Shown here: positions 49,054 through 59,553 of the stretch, piece by piece
Numbering within the stretch: position 1 is the stretch's first letter
Layout: each line of letters begins with the position of its first letter
Assembly: GCA_965223855.1 (NCBI GenBank)
Contig: CBDCXM010000003.1
Location: 1 to 64,000 of the forward strand
Direction of reading: 5' to 3'
DNA from: Candidatus Multivoradales bacterium
GTDB lineage: Bacteria; Acidobacteriota; Thermoanaerobaculia; Multivoradales; JAHEKO01
Length of the DNA: 64,000 bases
Notes under the pieces: model-generated
The model's input: the letters and a program-made list of their open reading frames with translations, nothing else
What the model was told of the DNA's origin: nothing
The model's database searches: none
Program-made: the position numbers and the translations under genes

Positions 49054-50751
49054 CTACGACGATCGACCTCTTCTGCGACGAGCCTCGAACGCACGTCGAG
49101 TAAAGCCGAGCATCTCTTCCCCCTCCGGATCCAACTCCCAATCGATCCAGGTAGTCTCGTTGTCCTGGCAGTAGGGGTTGTTGTTGCCCCCCTGCGTGCG
49201 GCCGAGCTCGTCGCCGTGCGAGAGCATCGGAACCCCCTCGGTGCGCGCGAGCGTCGCCATCATCGCCTTGCGGACGCCGAGGCGCAGTCGGCGGACCCGC
49301 TGGTCGCTACTCGGGCCGTCGGCTCCCCAGCCGGAACTGTGGTCGTGGTCGGAACCGTCGCGGTTGTCCTCGCCGTTTGCGAGGTTGCGCTTCCGGCGGT
49401 AGGTGACGAGGTCGGCGAGGGTGAAGCCGTCGTGGGCGGTGACGTAGTCGATCGACGTCGTGCGAGGGCGGCCCGGGAACAGGTCGAGGCTGCCGCCGAG
49501 GCGCGCCGGCAGTTCGCGGGCGGCTCCCGCGTCTCCGCGCCAGAAACGGCGGGTGGTGTCGCGGAAGCGGTCGTTCCACTCGCGCCAGCCGTGGGGGAAG
49601 CGGCCGAGGGTGTAGCCGCCAGGGCCGAGATCCCACGGCTCGGCGATGAACTTCGTGTGCGCGAACACCGGATCGGCAGCGAGGCGGCGGAAGAAGCGCG
49701 CCGCCGGATCGAAATCGACCGGGTCACGACCGAGGACGGGGGCCAGATCGAACCGGAAGCCGTCGACGTGCATCTCCTCGACCCAGTACCGGAGGCTCTC
49801 GAGGATCAGCGAGCAGGCGGCATCGCTGGAAGCATCAACGGTGTTGCCGCACCCCGTGAAGTCCAGGCAGCGGCTCCGGTCGTCCGGCCGCGACCGGTAG
49901 TAGGCGGGGTTGTCGAGCCCTCGCAGCGTCACCGTAGCGCCGTCCTCGGCTCCCTCGGCGGTGTGGTTGAAGACGACGTCGAGCAACACTTCGAGGCCGG
50001 CGTCGTGGAGCGCCCGGACCATGATCTTGAACTCCTCGATCTCGCGACCGGGAACCGAGGCGTAGCCGGCGTGAGGCGCGAACCAGGCGAGCGGGTTGTA
50101 GCCCCAGTAGTTGGTGAGGCCCAGCGGCGCGAGGTGACGCTCGCTCGCGTGATGCTGCACCGGGAGGAGCTCCACCGCTGTGACGCCGAGGGCGAGCAGA
50201 TGTTCGATCACCGCATCGTCGGCGAGTCCGAGGTAGCTGCCCCGCCGGGCGGTCGGAACCTCGGGGTGGAGCCGGGTGAGGCCGCGGACGTGCGCCTCGT
50301 AGATCACCGTCTCCTCCCACGGCGTTCGCGGCGGTCGATCGTTCCGCCAGTCGAAGGCGGGATCCACGACGACCGATCGCGGCACGAAGGGAGCGCTGTC
50401 GAGACCGCACCGCTCGCTGCCGTACGGGCCGGCGGCGCCAAAGCCATGGATGGCCGGATCCCAGATGAGCGATCCCTCGACCGAACGCGCCCAGGGATCG
50501 ACCAGCAGCTTCGCCGGGTTGCATCGATGGCCCGCGGCGGGCTCGTAGGGACCGTCGACCCGGTAGCCGTAGCGCTGTCCCGGGCCGGCACCCGGTAAGG
50601 TCCTCGTCCACAAGCCGCGACTCTCCGCCATCGGCAGCCGCTCGGCCTCGCCGCCGTCCGCGTCGAACAGACACAGGTCGATCGCCGTCGCCACGCTCGA
50701 GGGGACGGCGAACTCGACGGCTTCTCCGGTCCAGCGCGCGCCGGGTCGCAA
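49054..50751 (-). CDS. glgX: Glycogen debranching enzyme, apparently lacking the C-terminal domain
   Basis: NYWGYNP, DVVFNHT, DGFRFDLA, AEPWD, AHDGFTL, GNNNPYCQDN. Confidence 0.9.
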   Translation of the reverse strand: MRPGARWTGEAVEFAVPSSVATAIDLCLFDADGGEAERLPMAESRGLWTRTLPGAGPGQRYGYRVDGPYEPAAGHRCNPAKLLVDPWARSVEGSLIWDPAIHGFGAAGPYGSERCGLDSAPFVPRSVVVDPAFDWRNDRPPRTPWEETVIYEAHVRGLTRLHPEVPTARRGSYLGLADDAVIEHLLALGVTAVELLPVQHHASERHLAPLGLTNYWGYNPLAWFAPHAGYASVPGREIEEFKIMVRALHDAGLEVLLDVVFNHTAEGAEDGATVTLRGLDNPAYYRSRPDDRSRCLDFTGCGNTVDASSDAACSLILESLRYWVEEMHVDGFRFDLAPVLGRDPVDFDPAARFFRRLAADPVFAHTKFIAEPWDLGPGGYTLGRFPHGWREWNDRFRDTTRRFWRGDAGAARELPARLGGSLDLFPGRPRTTSIDYVTAHDGFTLADLVTYRRKRNLANGEDNRDGSDHDHSSGWGADGPSSDQRVRRLRLGVRKAMMATLARTEGVPMLSHGDELGRTQGGNNNPYCQDNETTWIDWELDPEGEEMLGFTRRAFEARRRRGRSS

Positions 50752-50765
50752 GGTCCGGGAGTCGC

Positions 50766-52244
50766 TCAGCCCCGCCTCCCCTCCCGACGGCGCCCGCTGT
50801 CGGCAATCCAGCCGCCGAGTCGCTCGAGACTCGCAGCTTCGAGTGTGCGGTCGAGGCGCCAGTTCCAGTTGCCCTCGGTCGTGCCCGGGACGTTCATCCG
50901 CGCCGCATCCTCCAGTCCCAGGACATCCTGGAGCGGTAGGACGACGAGCTCTGCCCTGCTTTCCAGGAGACGTGCGATCAGCCGCTGCGCCAGTTCGTCG
51001 TCGGCCGCGGCGCCGCCGGCGTAGCTCTCGACTCGCACGCGCGTCGCGCTGTCGAGGGTCGCAAGCCAGCCTCGCAGGGTGGCGTTGTCATGGGTACCGC
51101 TGTAGGCGACCGTGTCGCGGCCGTAGCGCTCCGGGTGGTGCTCGCTCTCTTCCTCGTCGAAACCGAACTGCAGCACCCGGGTGCCGGGAAGGCCGAGGTC
51201 ACGGCGCAGCTTGCGCACCGCGGGGGTGATGACCCCGAGATCCTCGGCGATGAACTCGAGACCGCCGAGCTCGGGCTCGACCGCCCGGAAGAGCGCTCGT
51301 CCAGGCCCGCGTTGCCAGCTCCCGCCGCGCGCATCCTCGGCCGGCAACGGTGTCCGCCACCAGGCGAGGAAGCCGCGGAAGTGGTCGAGGCGCAGCAGGT
51401 CGAAACGTCGCGCATGAAGGCGGATCCGCCGCCGCCACCAGAGGAAGTCGCTCTCGCGATGTCGGTCCCAGCGGTAGACCGGGTTGCCCCACAACTGGCC
51501 GTCGTCGGTGAATGCGTCGGGCGGCACTCCCGCGACGGCCACCGGAGCGCCGTCTTCGGCCAGCTCGAAGAGCTCCGGGTGCGCCCACACATCGGCGCTG
51601 TGGTGGGCGGGGTAGATCGGCAGATCGCCCAACAGCCCGACGCCGAGGTTTCCGGCCTCCGCTTGCAACGCGGCGAACTGCCGGTCGAACAGCCACTGGA
51701 GGAATTGCCGATACCCGATCTCGTCGGCGAACTCGCGACGCGCGTGGGCGAGCGCCGAGGGGTCGCGGTGCGCCAGCTCTTCGGGCCAGCGATGCCACGG
51801 ATCGGGGGCGAGCTTCGCGTCGAGGGCGGCGAAGAGCGCCCAGTCGTCGAGCCAGGAGCGCTGCTCCTCGGCAGTGCGGAACGCCTCGAAGGTGTCTCGC
51901 TGCGCGCTCGAGCCGCGAACCACGAACGTCTGCCAGGCGAGCCTCAGCAGGGCGTCGATCGAGTCGTCGCCGGAGCCGCCTCCGGCTTGCCGACGTTCGA
52001 GCAGCCCTTCCTCGACCAGCCTGTCGGGCGAGATCAACCGCGAATCGCCGGCGAAGGCGGAGCGCCCGTCGTAGGGCGATCCGAACGGGCCCGGCACGGT
52101 CAGCGGCAGCATCTGCCAGACGCCGACGCCCGCTCCGGCCAGGGTCTGCAGGAAGCGCGACGCCTCCGGCCCCAGGTCGCCGGTGCCGCGCGGGCCGGGC
52201 AGCGAGGTCGGGTGCAGCAGAATGCCAGTGGCGCGTCCGCGCAT
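50766..52244 (-). CDS. malQ: 4-alpha-glucanotransferase
   Basis: GILLHPTSLPG, GDLPIY, GVPPD, RLDHFRGF, AEDLG, GTHDN, RMNVPG. Confidence 0.95.
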   Translation of the reverse strand: MRGRATGILLHPTSLPGPRGTGDLGPEASRFLQTLAGAGVGVWQMLPLTVPGPFGSPYDGRSAFAGDSRLISPDRLVEEGLLERRQAGGGSGDDSIDALLRLAWQTFVVRGSSAQRDTFEAFRTAEEQRSWLDDWALFAALDAKLAPDPWHRWPEELAHRDPSALAHARREFADEIGYRQFLQWLFDRQFAALQAEAGNLGVGLLGDLPIYPAHHSADVWAHPELFELAEDGAPVAVAGVPPDAFTDDGQLWGNPVYRWDRHRESDFLWWRRRIRLHARRFDLLRLDHFRGFLAWWRTPLPAEDARGGSWQRGPGRALFRAVEPELGGLEFIAEDLGVITPAVRKLRRDLGLPGTRVLQFGFDEEESEHHPERYGRDTVAYSGTHDNATLRGWLATLDSATRVRVESYAGGAAADDELAQRLIARLLESRAELVVLPLQDVLGLEDAARMNVPGTTEGNWNWRLDRTLEAASLERLGGWIADSGRRREGRRG

Positions 52245-52367
52245 CAGCCGGGGATCATATGCTCCGCCCGCGGCGCGGAACGTGGCAAAGTCGCGTTCCG
52301 GGAACACCCGCGCTCGGACACGGCGCACCGCAGCAACGAGGGCAGATCGGCAAGGAGGCAGGGACCA

Positions 52368-54575
52368 GTGTCAGCAGGATCTCCGCGCATCGCGGTCAGT
52401 CAGGCTCACGAGATCCGCATTCCGGCGGCGCTCGACGGCCTCTACGAGCTCGCCCACAACCTCTGGTGGAGCTGGAACTCCGACGCCCAGGCCCTCTTCT
52501 CCTCGCTTCACAGCTGGGCGTGGTCGCACTACCAGAACCCGGTGGAGGTGCTTCACGCCGTCGACGATCAGCGCTGGGAGACCCTGCTCGCCGATGAGAC
52601 CTTCGTGCAGCGGGCGTCGGCCGTGCTCAGGGACTTCGAGAGCTACCTCGCCGGCGAGGGTGACGGCGAGTTCTCCCGCCGCTGGCCGGACTACGACGCC
52701 GGAGCGATCGCCTACTTCTCGATGGAGTACGGCCTTCACCAGAGCCTGCCGCTCTATTCGGGAGGTCTCGGCGTACTGTCGGCCGACCAGCTCAAGAGCG
52801 CCAGCGACCTCGGCCTGCCGTTCGTCGGGCTGGGTCTCCTCTACCGCTCCGGCTACTTCCAGCAGACGATCGACGCCGAAGGGCTGCAGCAGCACTCCTA
52901 CCCGAATTGCGACTACCGGCGGGTCGGCGTCCGCCCGGTCGCCAATCGCAGCGGCGGCGCGCTGGTGGTGGAAGTGCCGTTCCCCGGCCGCAAGGTGGCC
53001 GCCAAGGTGTGGCTGCTCTCGGTGGGCCGCGTGCCGCTGCTGCTGCTCGACACCGACGTGCGGCTGAACGATCCCGCCGACCGGCCGATCTCGTCCGTGC
53101 TCTACGTGCGGGGGCGCGAGATGCGACTGGCGCAGGAGCTGCTGCTCGGTGTCGGTGGTGCGATGGCGCTCGAGGCGCTGGGAATCGAGCCGGCCGTCTG
53201 GCACCTCAACGAGGGGCACAGCTCGCTGCTGCAGCTCGAGCGCTTCCGGCGCCGCACCGGCGGCGACGGCGATCAGCTCGACGAAGCCCTCGCCGACTGC
53301 CGCGAGCGCACCGCTTTCACTCTCCACACTCCGGTTCCCGCCGGCCACGAGACCTTCGACCGCGTCCTCGCCGCCAAGTGCCTGGCACCCTGGTCCGAGC
53401 TGCTGGGGGCCTCGACCGAGCGGCTGCTCGCTCTCGGCGACGCCGATCCGGCGGGCGGCGAAGGGCCGTTCAACCTGACGGCGCTGGCGCTTCGAACCAG
53501 CAGCTTCGTCAACGGCGTCAGTCGGCTCAACGCAGAGGTGAGCGACCCGAACTGGCGTCACATCCGTGCCGAGACCGGCTCTGCGGCTCCGCCCATCCGG
53601 GCGATCACCAACGGCGTCCACCTGCCGACGTGGATGGGGATGGAGATCAGCGATCTGCTGGCGAGGGAACTCGACGCCGACTGGGTGCGCGCCGACGCCG
53701 ACGAGAGGATCGGCGCCGTGGCCTCGCTGCCCGACGCCGAGCTGTGGCGCGCCCACCGGCAGCAGAAGGAGCGTCTCGCCGCCTTCGCGCACGGCCGGCT
53801 TCTCGACCAGTACGCGCGCCATGGCCGTTCTCCGGATCGGCTCCGCTCCCTGCGAGGCCTCGTCGATCCGGAGGTGCTCACCATCGGCTTCGCCCGGCGT
53901 TTCGCCACCTACAAGCGCGCCGACCTCCTGTTCAGCGATCTCGACCGGGTTCGCAAGCTCCTCTGTCACTCCCAGAGGCCGATCCTCGTCATCTTCGCCG
54001 GCAAGGCGCACCCGATGGACCGGCCAGGCCAGCAGCTGATCCAGCGCATCTTCGGCCTCAGCCAGGACGCCGACCTCGGCCGCCGGGTGCTGTTCCTCGA
54101 GAACTACGACCTGCTCGTGGGCGCGCGACTCGTCCAGGGGGTCGACGTGTGGCTCAACACGCCGCGGCGCCCGCTCGAGGCGAGCGGCACCAGCGGCATG
54201 AAGGCGGCGGTCAACGGCGTCCTCAACTGCAGCATCCTCGACGGCTGGTGGCCGGAGGCGTTCGACGGCGCCAACGGCTGGGCGATCGACGGCGGCAGCC
54301 ACGACGACGAGGCGGCGCAGGACACGGCTGACAGCCTGGCGCTCTACGAGACACTCGAAGAGCACGTCGCGCCGCTCTACTACGAGCGTGACGAGGAAGG
54401 GCTGCCGCGGCGCTGGCTGGCGATGATGAAGCGCTCGATCGCCACCGTCGCCCCGGCGTTCTCGTCCGACCGGATGATGCTCGACTACATCGAACAGGCG
54501 TATCTGCCGCTCGTTCCCGCCGACGCCGACTCCGCGGCGGCGACTGCATCCGCCAGCGGCAGCCGGCGGAGCTGA
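52368..54575 (+). CDS. glgP: Alpha-glucan phosphorylase
   Basis: YFSMEYG, YSGGLG, HLNEGH, FARRFATYKR, EASGTSGMKA (PLP lysine); GTG after AAGGAGG. Confidence 0.95.
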   Translation: MSAGSPRIAVSQAHEIRIPAALDGLYELAHNLWWSWNSDAQALFSSLHSWAWSHYQNPVEVLHAVDDQRWETLLADETFVQRASAVLRDFESYLAGEGDGEFSRRWPDYDAGAIAYFSMEYGLHQSLPLYSGGLGVLSADQLKSASDLGLPFVGLGLLYRSGYFQQTIDAEGLQQHSYPNCDYRRVGVRPVANRSGGALVVEVPFPGRKVAAKVWLLSVGRVPLLLLDTDVRLNDPADRPISSVLYVRGREMRLAQELLLGVGGAMALEALGIEPAVWHLNEGHSSLLQLERFRRRTGGDGDQLDEALADCRERTAFTLHTPVPAGHETFDRVLAAKCLAPWSELLGASTERLLALGDADPAGGEGPFNLTALALRTSSFVNGVSRLNAEVSDPNWRHIRAETGSAAPPIRAITNGVHLPTWMGMEISDLLARELDADWVRADADERIGAVASLPDAELWRAHRQQKERLAAFAHGRLLDQYARHGRSPDRLRSLRGLVDPEVLTIGFARRFATYKRADLLFSDLDRVRKLLCHSQRPILVIFAGKAHPMDRPGQQLIQRIFGLSQDADLGRRVLFLENYDLLVGARLVQGVDVWLNTPRRPLEASGTSGMKAAVNGVLNCSILDGWWPEAFDGANGWAIDGGSHDDEAAQDTADSLALYETLEEHVAPLYYERDEEGLPRRWLAMMKRSIATVAPAFSSDRMMLDYIEQAYLPLVPADADSAAATASASGSRRS

Positions 54576-57007
54576 TGCGGCTGCTGAGCCGCGCGGCGAG
54601 GCTCCGGTACGGGCTCGACGAACTCTCCGTCGCCTCGTCCGCCCGGGTGCGGCAGCTGGCGCACGCGATCAACCAGGCGCGCGGGGGCACGCCGTTCGTA
54701 CACGCCGGCGAGCTCGAGGCATTGCGAGTCCTCGAGCAGCTGCTCACCGGCGCACTCGAGCACGGCCTCGACACGGAGCGGGACGCCGCGCTCGATGCAA
54801 CGCTGGCCGCCCTCGAGAAGGAGCTCGGAAGAGAGGGGCTCTCGAGCCTGCTGGCGGGTCTCGAGAAAGAGTTCGACGCGGCTGCGACGGAGTCGATGGA
54901 CTCTGCGGACTCCGCGGACCGGCGACCGCGCGATGCCGCGACCGAACGACGGGCGGTGCTCGAACTCTTCGTGCTGTGGCAGCTCAACCGCAACCCGGCT
55001 CTCGCCGCGGTGCGGGAGCTGATCGACGACCGGGCACTCGCGCCCGATCTCTACGACCGGGCGATGGCGACCGTGGAGCGCCAGCTCCGCACCCGCACGA
55101 GCAGGGGGGTGCCGCTCGCCGGCGATCTGATCGATCTGATGGAGGCGCCCGCGCGTGCGCAACCGGAGTCGATCGCCGGCCAGCTCGCCCTCTACCTCGA
55201 CCAGCCGACCGAAGATCTCGGGGTCGCCCGCGAAGAGCTCGAGCGGGTTCTCGATTCGTTGGCGGAGGAGCGGCCGCGCCTGCCGCCGGGCCCCCCGGGA
55301 CCGCCGCCTGAAAGCGAGCGGTCCGCTCCGGAGCCGGTGGTCTACGCGCGGCCGCCGCGCGAGGAGCCGCGCTGGATGCGGGAGCTGGTGCTGGGGGCGA
55401 GGAACGCCCACGTCTGGCTCGATCAGCTGGCGCGCTCGACCGGGCGCGAGATCGCCCGGCTCGATCAGGTGCCCGAGGCGGAGCTCGCGCGCCTCGCTGA
55501 ACTCGGCCTGACGGCGGTCTGGCTGGTCGGCGTGTGGCAGCGAAGCCCCGCCTCGCGCGCCATCAAGAGACGCTGCGGCAATCCCCGAGCCGAAGCCTCC
55601 GCCTACGCGATTTCCGACTACGGCGTGGCCGAGGACCTCGGCGGCGACGAAGCGCTCGCCGGGCTGCAGGAGCAGGCCCTCGAGCACGGTCTCCACATCG
55701 GCGTCGACGTGATCCCGAATCACTGGGGGCTCGACTCACGCTGGGTCGTCGAGCACCCGGAGCGCTTCCTTTCGACGGACGAGTGCCCGTTCCCCAACTA
55801 CACCTTCGAGGGCGAGGACCTGTCTGCCGACCCGGAGATCGGGATCTACCTCGAGGATCACTACTACGACCGCAGTGACGCCGCCGTCGTCTTCCGGCGG
55901 CTCGATCGGTCGACGGGACGCGAGACCTTCCTCTACCACGGCAACGACGGCACGACGATGCCGTGGAACGACACCGCGCAGCTCGACTACATGCAGCCGG
56001 ACGTGCGCAAGGCGATGACCGACCTCATCGTCGATCTCGCACGCCGCTACCGGATCCTGCGCTTCGACGCCGCCATGACCCTGACCCGGCTCCATTTCCA
56101 GCGACTGTGGTTCCCCGCTCCGGGCGACGGCGGCGCGGTGCCGTCGCGCAGCGAGCACGGCATGAGCAAGCAAGCGTTCGAGCATTCGATGCCGACCGAG
56201 TTCTGGAGCGAGGTCGTCACCCGAGTCGAGCAGGAGGCGCCCGACACGCTGCTCCTCGCCGAAGCGTTCTGGCTGATGGAGCCCTACTTCGTGCGCACCC
56301 TCGGCATGCACCGGGTCTACAACTCGGCGTTCATGCACCTGATGCGTGAGCGCGAGAACCCGCGCTTCCAGGCACTCCTGGCCGACACCCTCGAGCACGA
56401 TCCCGAGCTCGCCCGGCGCTCCCTCAACTTCATGACGACGCCGGACGAAGCGCCCGCGGCCCACGGCTTCGGTCGCGACGACCGCTATTTCGGCACGACG
56501 GCGTTGATGGCGACCCTGCCGGGACCGCCACTCTTCGGTCACGGCCAGTTCGACGGCCTGACCGAGCAGTACGGGATGGACTCCCTGCGACAGCAGTTGG
56601 ACGAAACTCCGGACCCCGCCGTGGCCGAACGCCACCGCCGCGAGGTCGCCCCGCTACTGCGCGAGCGCGCGAGATTCGCCGACGTCTCCCGGCTCGAACG
56701 GCTCGAGTTCGTCGGCCCCGGCGACCACGTCTGGCAGGACGTCTACGCCTTCGCCTCGGGAGCGAGCTCCGAGCTTCGACTGGTGCTCTTCAACAACTCG
56801 GCGGCCGACGTCGCGGGGAGGGTTCGGGCACCCGCAGGCTCGGACCTGGCCGACCTGCTGCCGGTGGAGGGCACCGTGCTCCGGCTGATCGACCCGCGCC
56901 TCGACTTCGATCTCGAGGTTCCCGTGACCGAAGCCGCGGGGCGGGGGCTGCCCATCGAACTCGCCCCGTGGCAGGCGTTGGTCCTCGAGCCCGCGGCCGT
57001 CAGATGA
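54575..57007 (+). CDS. GH13 alpha-amylase-family protein with long helical N-terminus
   Basis: DVIPNH, LRFDAAM, LAEAFW, FMTTPDE catalytic regions. Confidence 0.88.
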   Translation: MRLLSRAARLRYGLDELSVASSARVRQLAHAINQARGGTPFVHAGELEALRVLEQLLTGALEHGLDTERDAALDATLAALEKELGREGLSSLLAGLEKEFDAAATESMDSADSADRRPRDAATERRAVLELFVLWQLNRNPALAAVRELIDDRALAPDLYDRAMATVERQLRTRTSRGVPLAGDLIDLMEAPARAQPESIAGQLALYLDQPTEDLGVAREELERVLDSLAEERPRLPPGPPGPPPESERSAPEPVVYARPPREEPRWMRELVLGARNAHVWLDQLARSTGREIARLDQVPEAELARLAELGLTAVWLVGVWQRSPASRAIKRRCGNPRAEASAYAISDYGVAEDLGGDEALAGLQEQALEHGLHIGVDVIPNHWGLDSRWVVEHPERFLSTDECPFPNYTFEGEDLSADPEIGIYLEDHYYDRSDAAVVFRRLDRSTGRETFLYHGNDGTTMPWNDTAQLDYMQPDVRKAMTDLIVDLARRYRILRFDAAMTLTRLHFQRLWFPAPGDGGAVPSRSEHGMSKQAFEHSMPTEFWSEVVTRVEQEAPDTLLLAEAFWLMEPYFVRTLGMHRVYNSAFMHLMRERENPRFQALLADTLEHDPELARRSLNFMTTPDEAPAAHGFGRDDRYFGTTALMATLPGPPLFGHGQFDGLTEQYGMDSLRQQLDETPDPAVAERHRREVAPLLRERARFADVSRLERLEFVGPGDHVWQDVYAFASGASSELRLVLFNNSAADVAGRVRAPAGSDLADLLPVEGTVLRLIDPRLDFDLEVPVTEAAGRGLPIELAPWQALVLEPAAVR

Positions 57008-58274
57008 CCGTGCCGTCCGGCACCGTCGCATCGCGAGGGATGATGACGATGCCGTCGCGGATGGAGTAATTGTCGCCGTCCGCCTCTTCGACCCCGGCGG
57101 AATTGACGATCCGCACGTCACGACCGATCCGCACCTGCTTGTCGACGATCGCCGTGCGCACGACCGAGCCGCTACCGATGCCGAGCGGCGGCTCGCCCCG
57201 CTCACGACAGCGCGCTCGGTCGGCCGGCGTCTCGTAGTAGTCGTGACCCATCACCAGAGCGCCGTCGAGCACCGCACCGTCAGCGACCCGTGAACGGATA
57301 CCGATGACCGAGTCGGTGATCGTCGCGTTGCCGACGAGGCTTCCTTCCGCGATCAGCGAGTCGACGACCGTGGCGTCGCCGATACAGGTCGGCGAAAGGT
57401 AGCGCGGCCGCGTGTAGAGCGGTTGCTCGGGATGGTAGAGCGAGTACTCGCCGCGCTTCGCCAGCGCGATGTTGGCGCGGTAGAAGGCGGCCATCGTGCC
57501 GATGTCTTCCCAGTAACCGCGGAAGAGATGGACCGCGACCTTGTACTCCTCGAGCGCGCGCGGGATGATCTCGCGCCCGAAGTCGTGCTGCTCCGGGTAC
57601 TTCGTCAGCAGGTGCTGCAGCACGTCGGGCGAGAAGACGTAGATCCCCATCGAGGCTAGGAACGGCGCCCCCGCCGGCTCACCGCCCGCCAGCGGCGCCG
57701 CGGGATCGATCTCCATCGCGTCGAGCGACTCGCCCTTCGGCTTCTCGGCAAACCCGGTGATCCACCCCTCGCTGTCGCAGTGGACGAGGCCGAACGAGGA
57801 GGCGTGCTCACGGGCGATCGGGCAGACCGCGATCGTCACGTCGGCGCCGATCTCCTCGTGGCGGCGAAGGAACGGCCCGTAGTCCATCCGGTAGAGGTGG
57901 TCGCCGGCGAGGATCAACACCTGCCGGGTCCGCCGGTCGAGGACGTGACGCAGGCTGCGGCGCACTGCGTCGGCGGTCCCCTGGAACCAGTCGCGATGCT
58001 CCGGCGTCAGCTCGGCCGCGATCACCTCGACCCCGGTGCCCAGCAGGCCGCCGAAGTTGTAGGTCCTGGCGATGTGGCTGTTGAGGGACGCCGAGTTGAA
58101 CTGCGTCAGAACGTAGATGCGGGTCAGCCCCGAGTTGATGCAGTTCGACAGCGGAATGTCGATCAGGCGGATCTTGCCGCCGACCGGCACTGCCGGTTTC
58201 GCCCGTTCGCGGGTCAGCGGATAGAGCCTCGTCCCCTGGCCGCCTCCCATGATGATCGTCGCGATGTCCTGCAT
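57000..58274 (-). CDS. glgC: Glucose-1-phosphate adenylyltransferase
   Basis: GGGQGTRLYPLT..RAKPAVP, WFQGTADAVR, GDHLYRMDY, ASMGIY, YWEDIGT. Confidence 0.95.
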   Translation of the reverse strand: MQDIATIIMGGGQGTRLYPLTRERAKPAVPVGGKIRLIDIPLSNCINSGLTRIYVLTQFNSASLNSHIARTYNFGGLLGTGVEVIAAELTPEHRDWFQGTADAVRRSLRHVLDRRTRQVLILAGDHLYRMDYGPFLRRHEEIGADVTIAVCPIAREHASSFGLVHCDSEGWITGFAEKPKGESLDAMEIDPAAPLAGGEPAGAPFLASMGIYVFSPDVLQHLLTKYPEQHDFGREIIPRALEEYKVAVHLFRGYWEDIGTMAAFYRANIALAKRGEYSLYHPEQPLYTRPRYLSPTCIGDATVVDSLIAEGSLVGNATITDSVIGIRSRVADGAVLDGALVMGHDYYETPADRARCRERGEPPLGIGSGSVVRTAIVDKQVRIGRDVRIVNSAGVEEADGDNYSIRDGIVIIPRDATVPDGTVI

Positions 58275-58296
58275 GAAAGCTCCCCGGATCCCCTCG

Positions 58297-59523
58297 TCAG
58301 GCCGGGCTCGCATGCACCCTGAGGGTGCGGCCGGCCCACTCCACCATCTCACGCAGCGCGTCATAGTCCGGGTGGCGGATTCGCATCCAGGCGTTGGCCA
58401 TGTAGCCCGCCTCGACCGGCTGGGTCGGCGTTCCATTCGGCGGCAGCCGTGCGTCGAGGATCCACTCGCCGAGCTTCGCCTGCACCTCGTCGGCACCCGT
58501 GTAGCCGACGATCACCCCGTCGCGGTCGGGCCGGAAGTTGACGAGAGCCGCGGAGTAGTTGCGCGACGGCTGCGCGCTCGGGCGGCCGTGGACGATGGCG
58601 TGCGCCCACTCCCGGTAGAGATCGAAGTCGTTGGCCGCGGAGTAGAGATCCCAGGTGAGTACCCCGGGCGGCCGGCAGCCAATCTCGGAGAAGCGGTAGC
58701 CGCGCGGCCCGAAGAACCACTCCTGGTGAGTCGCCGAGGTGCCGATGCCGAGCGCACCGATGATCTTCTTGCCCATCTCCCACACCTCGGCGTAGCTCTC
58801 GGAGTGGAGGCGATTCGTCGTGATGAGGTAGGGCGACACCGAGCGGGTGCGCATCGCCTCGAGGACACCCGGGTAGTAGTGGCAGATGAATGCGCAGGCG
58901 ATCTCGCCGTCGATCGTCAGCGTGTCGAAGAATCCTTCGTGCCCCTCGATGAACTCCTCGAGCGCCGCCGTCCCGCCGGCTCCGACCCGGTGCTCGGCGA
59001 GTGCTCGGCGCAGCTCGTCGTCGCTGTCGACCCGGCTCGTCCCCGCCGCTCCGGCGCCGCCGCGCGGCTTGACGATCAGCGGATAGCCGACATCCTGAGC
59101 GAAGGCGAGCGCCTCGGACGCCTCGTCGACCCCGGTCGAGCGGGCGCATGGCACCCCGACTCGGCGCAGAGCCTCTTTCATCGCCGGCTTGTCGCGGCAC
59201 AGGAAAGCGGTCTCCTCCGTGGTGCCGGGGATGCCGCAGGCGGCTCGCACCCGGGCGGTCGGCAGGATGTGGGCCTCGACCGTCGCCTCGAGCCGATCGA
59301 CCCAGCCACGGGCCTGGACTCTGCGCACCGCCGCCATCAGGGCGCCGACATCGCACACCGAGCCGACCTGCTCGTAGCCGACGAGCCGCTCTTGCACCCG
59401 TCGCGGCAGAAAGTCGAACGGCGCCTCGCCGATGGCGGTCACGGCGGCGCCGACCGAGTGGAGCGCCTCGATGAAGTGCGGCTGGTTGGCCGGGAAGGCC
59501 GGCTCGACGAAGATGACGTGCAC
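58297..59523 (-). CDS. ATP-grasp domain protein
   Basis: RDKPAMK, GYPLIVKPRGGAGA, EEFIEGHE, HQEWF, FSEIGCRPPG. Confidence 0.9.
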   Translation of the reverse strand: MHVIFVEPAFPANQPHFIEALHSVGAAVTAIGEAPFDFLPRRVQERLVGYEQVGSVCDVGALMAAVRRVQARGWVDRLEATVEAHILPTARVRAACGIPGTTEETAFLCRDKPAMKEALRRVGVPCARSTGVDEASEALAFAQDVGYPLIVKPRGGAGAAGTSRVDSDDELRRALAEHRVGAGGTAALEEFIEGHEGFFDTLTIDGEIACAFICHYYPGVLEAMRTRSVSPYLITTNRLHSESYAEVWEMGKKIIGALGIGTSATHQEWFFGPRGYRFSEIGCRPPGVLTWDLYSAANDFDLYREWAHAIVHGRPSAQPSRNYSAALVNFRPDRDGVIVGYTGADEVQAKLGEWILDARLPPNGTPTQPVEAGYMANAWMRIRHPDYDALREMVEWAGRTLRVHASPA

Positions 59524-59553
59524 GACTCGCGACGAATCTACTATAAACACCCG
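59524..59553. promoter_or_regulatory. 30-bp divergent spacer with overlapping -10-like hexamers; possibly leaderless bidirectional promoter
   Basis: AATCTACTATAAA gives TATAAA on + and TATAGT on -; no SD sequence on either side. Confidence 0.4.

Noticed and set aside
51090-52367. N-terminal extension of GlgP (1161-aa ORF)
   Set aside because: Antisense to malQ; a good RBS and GTG exist at 52368.
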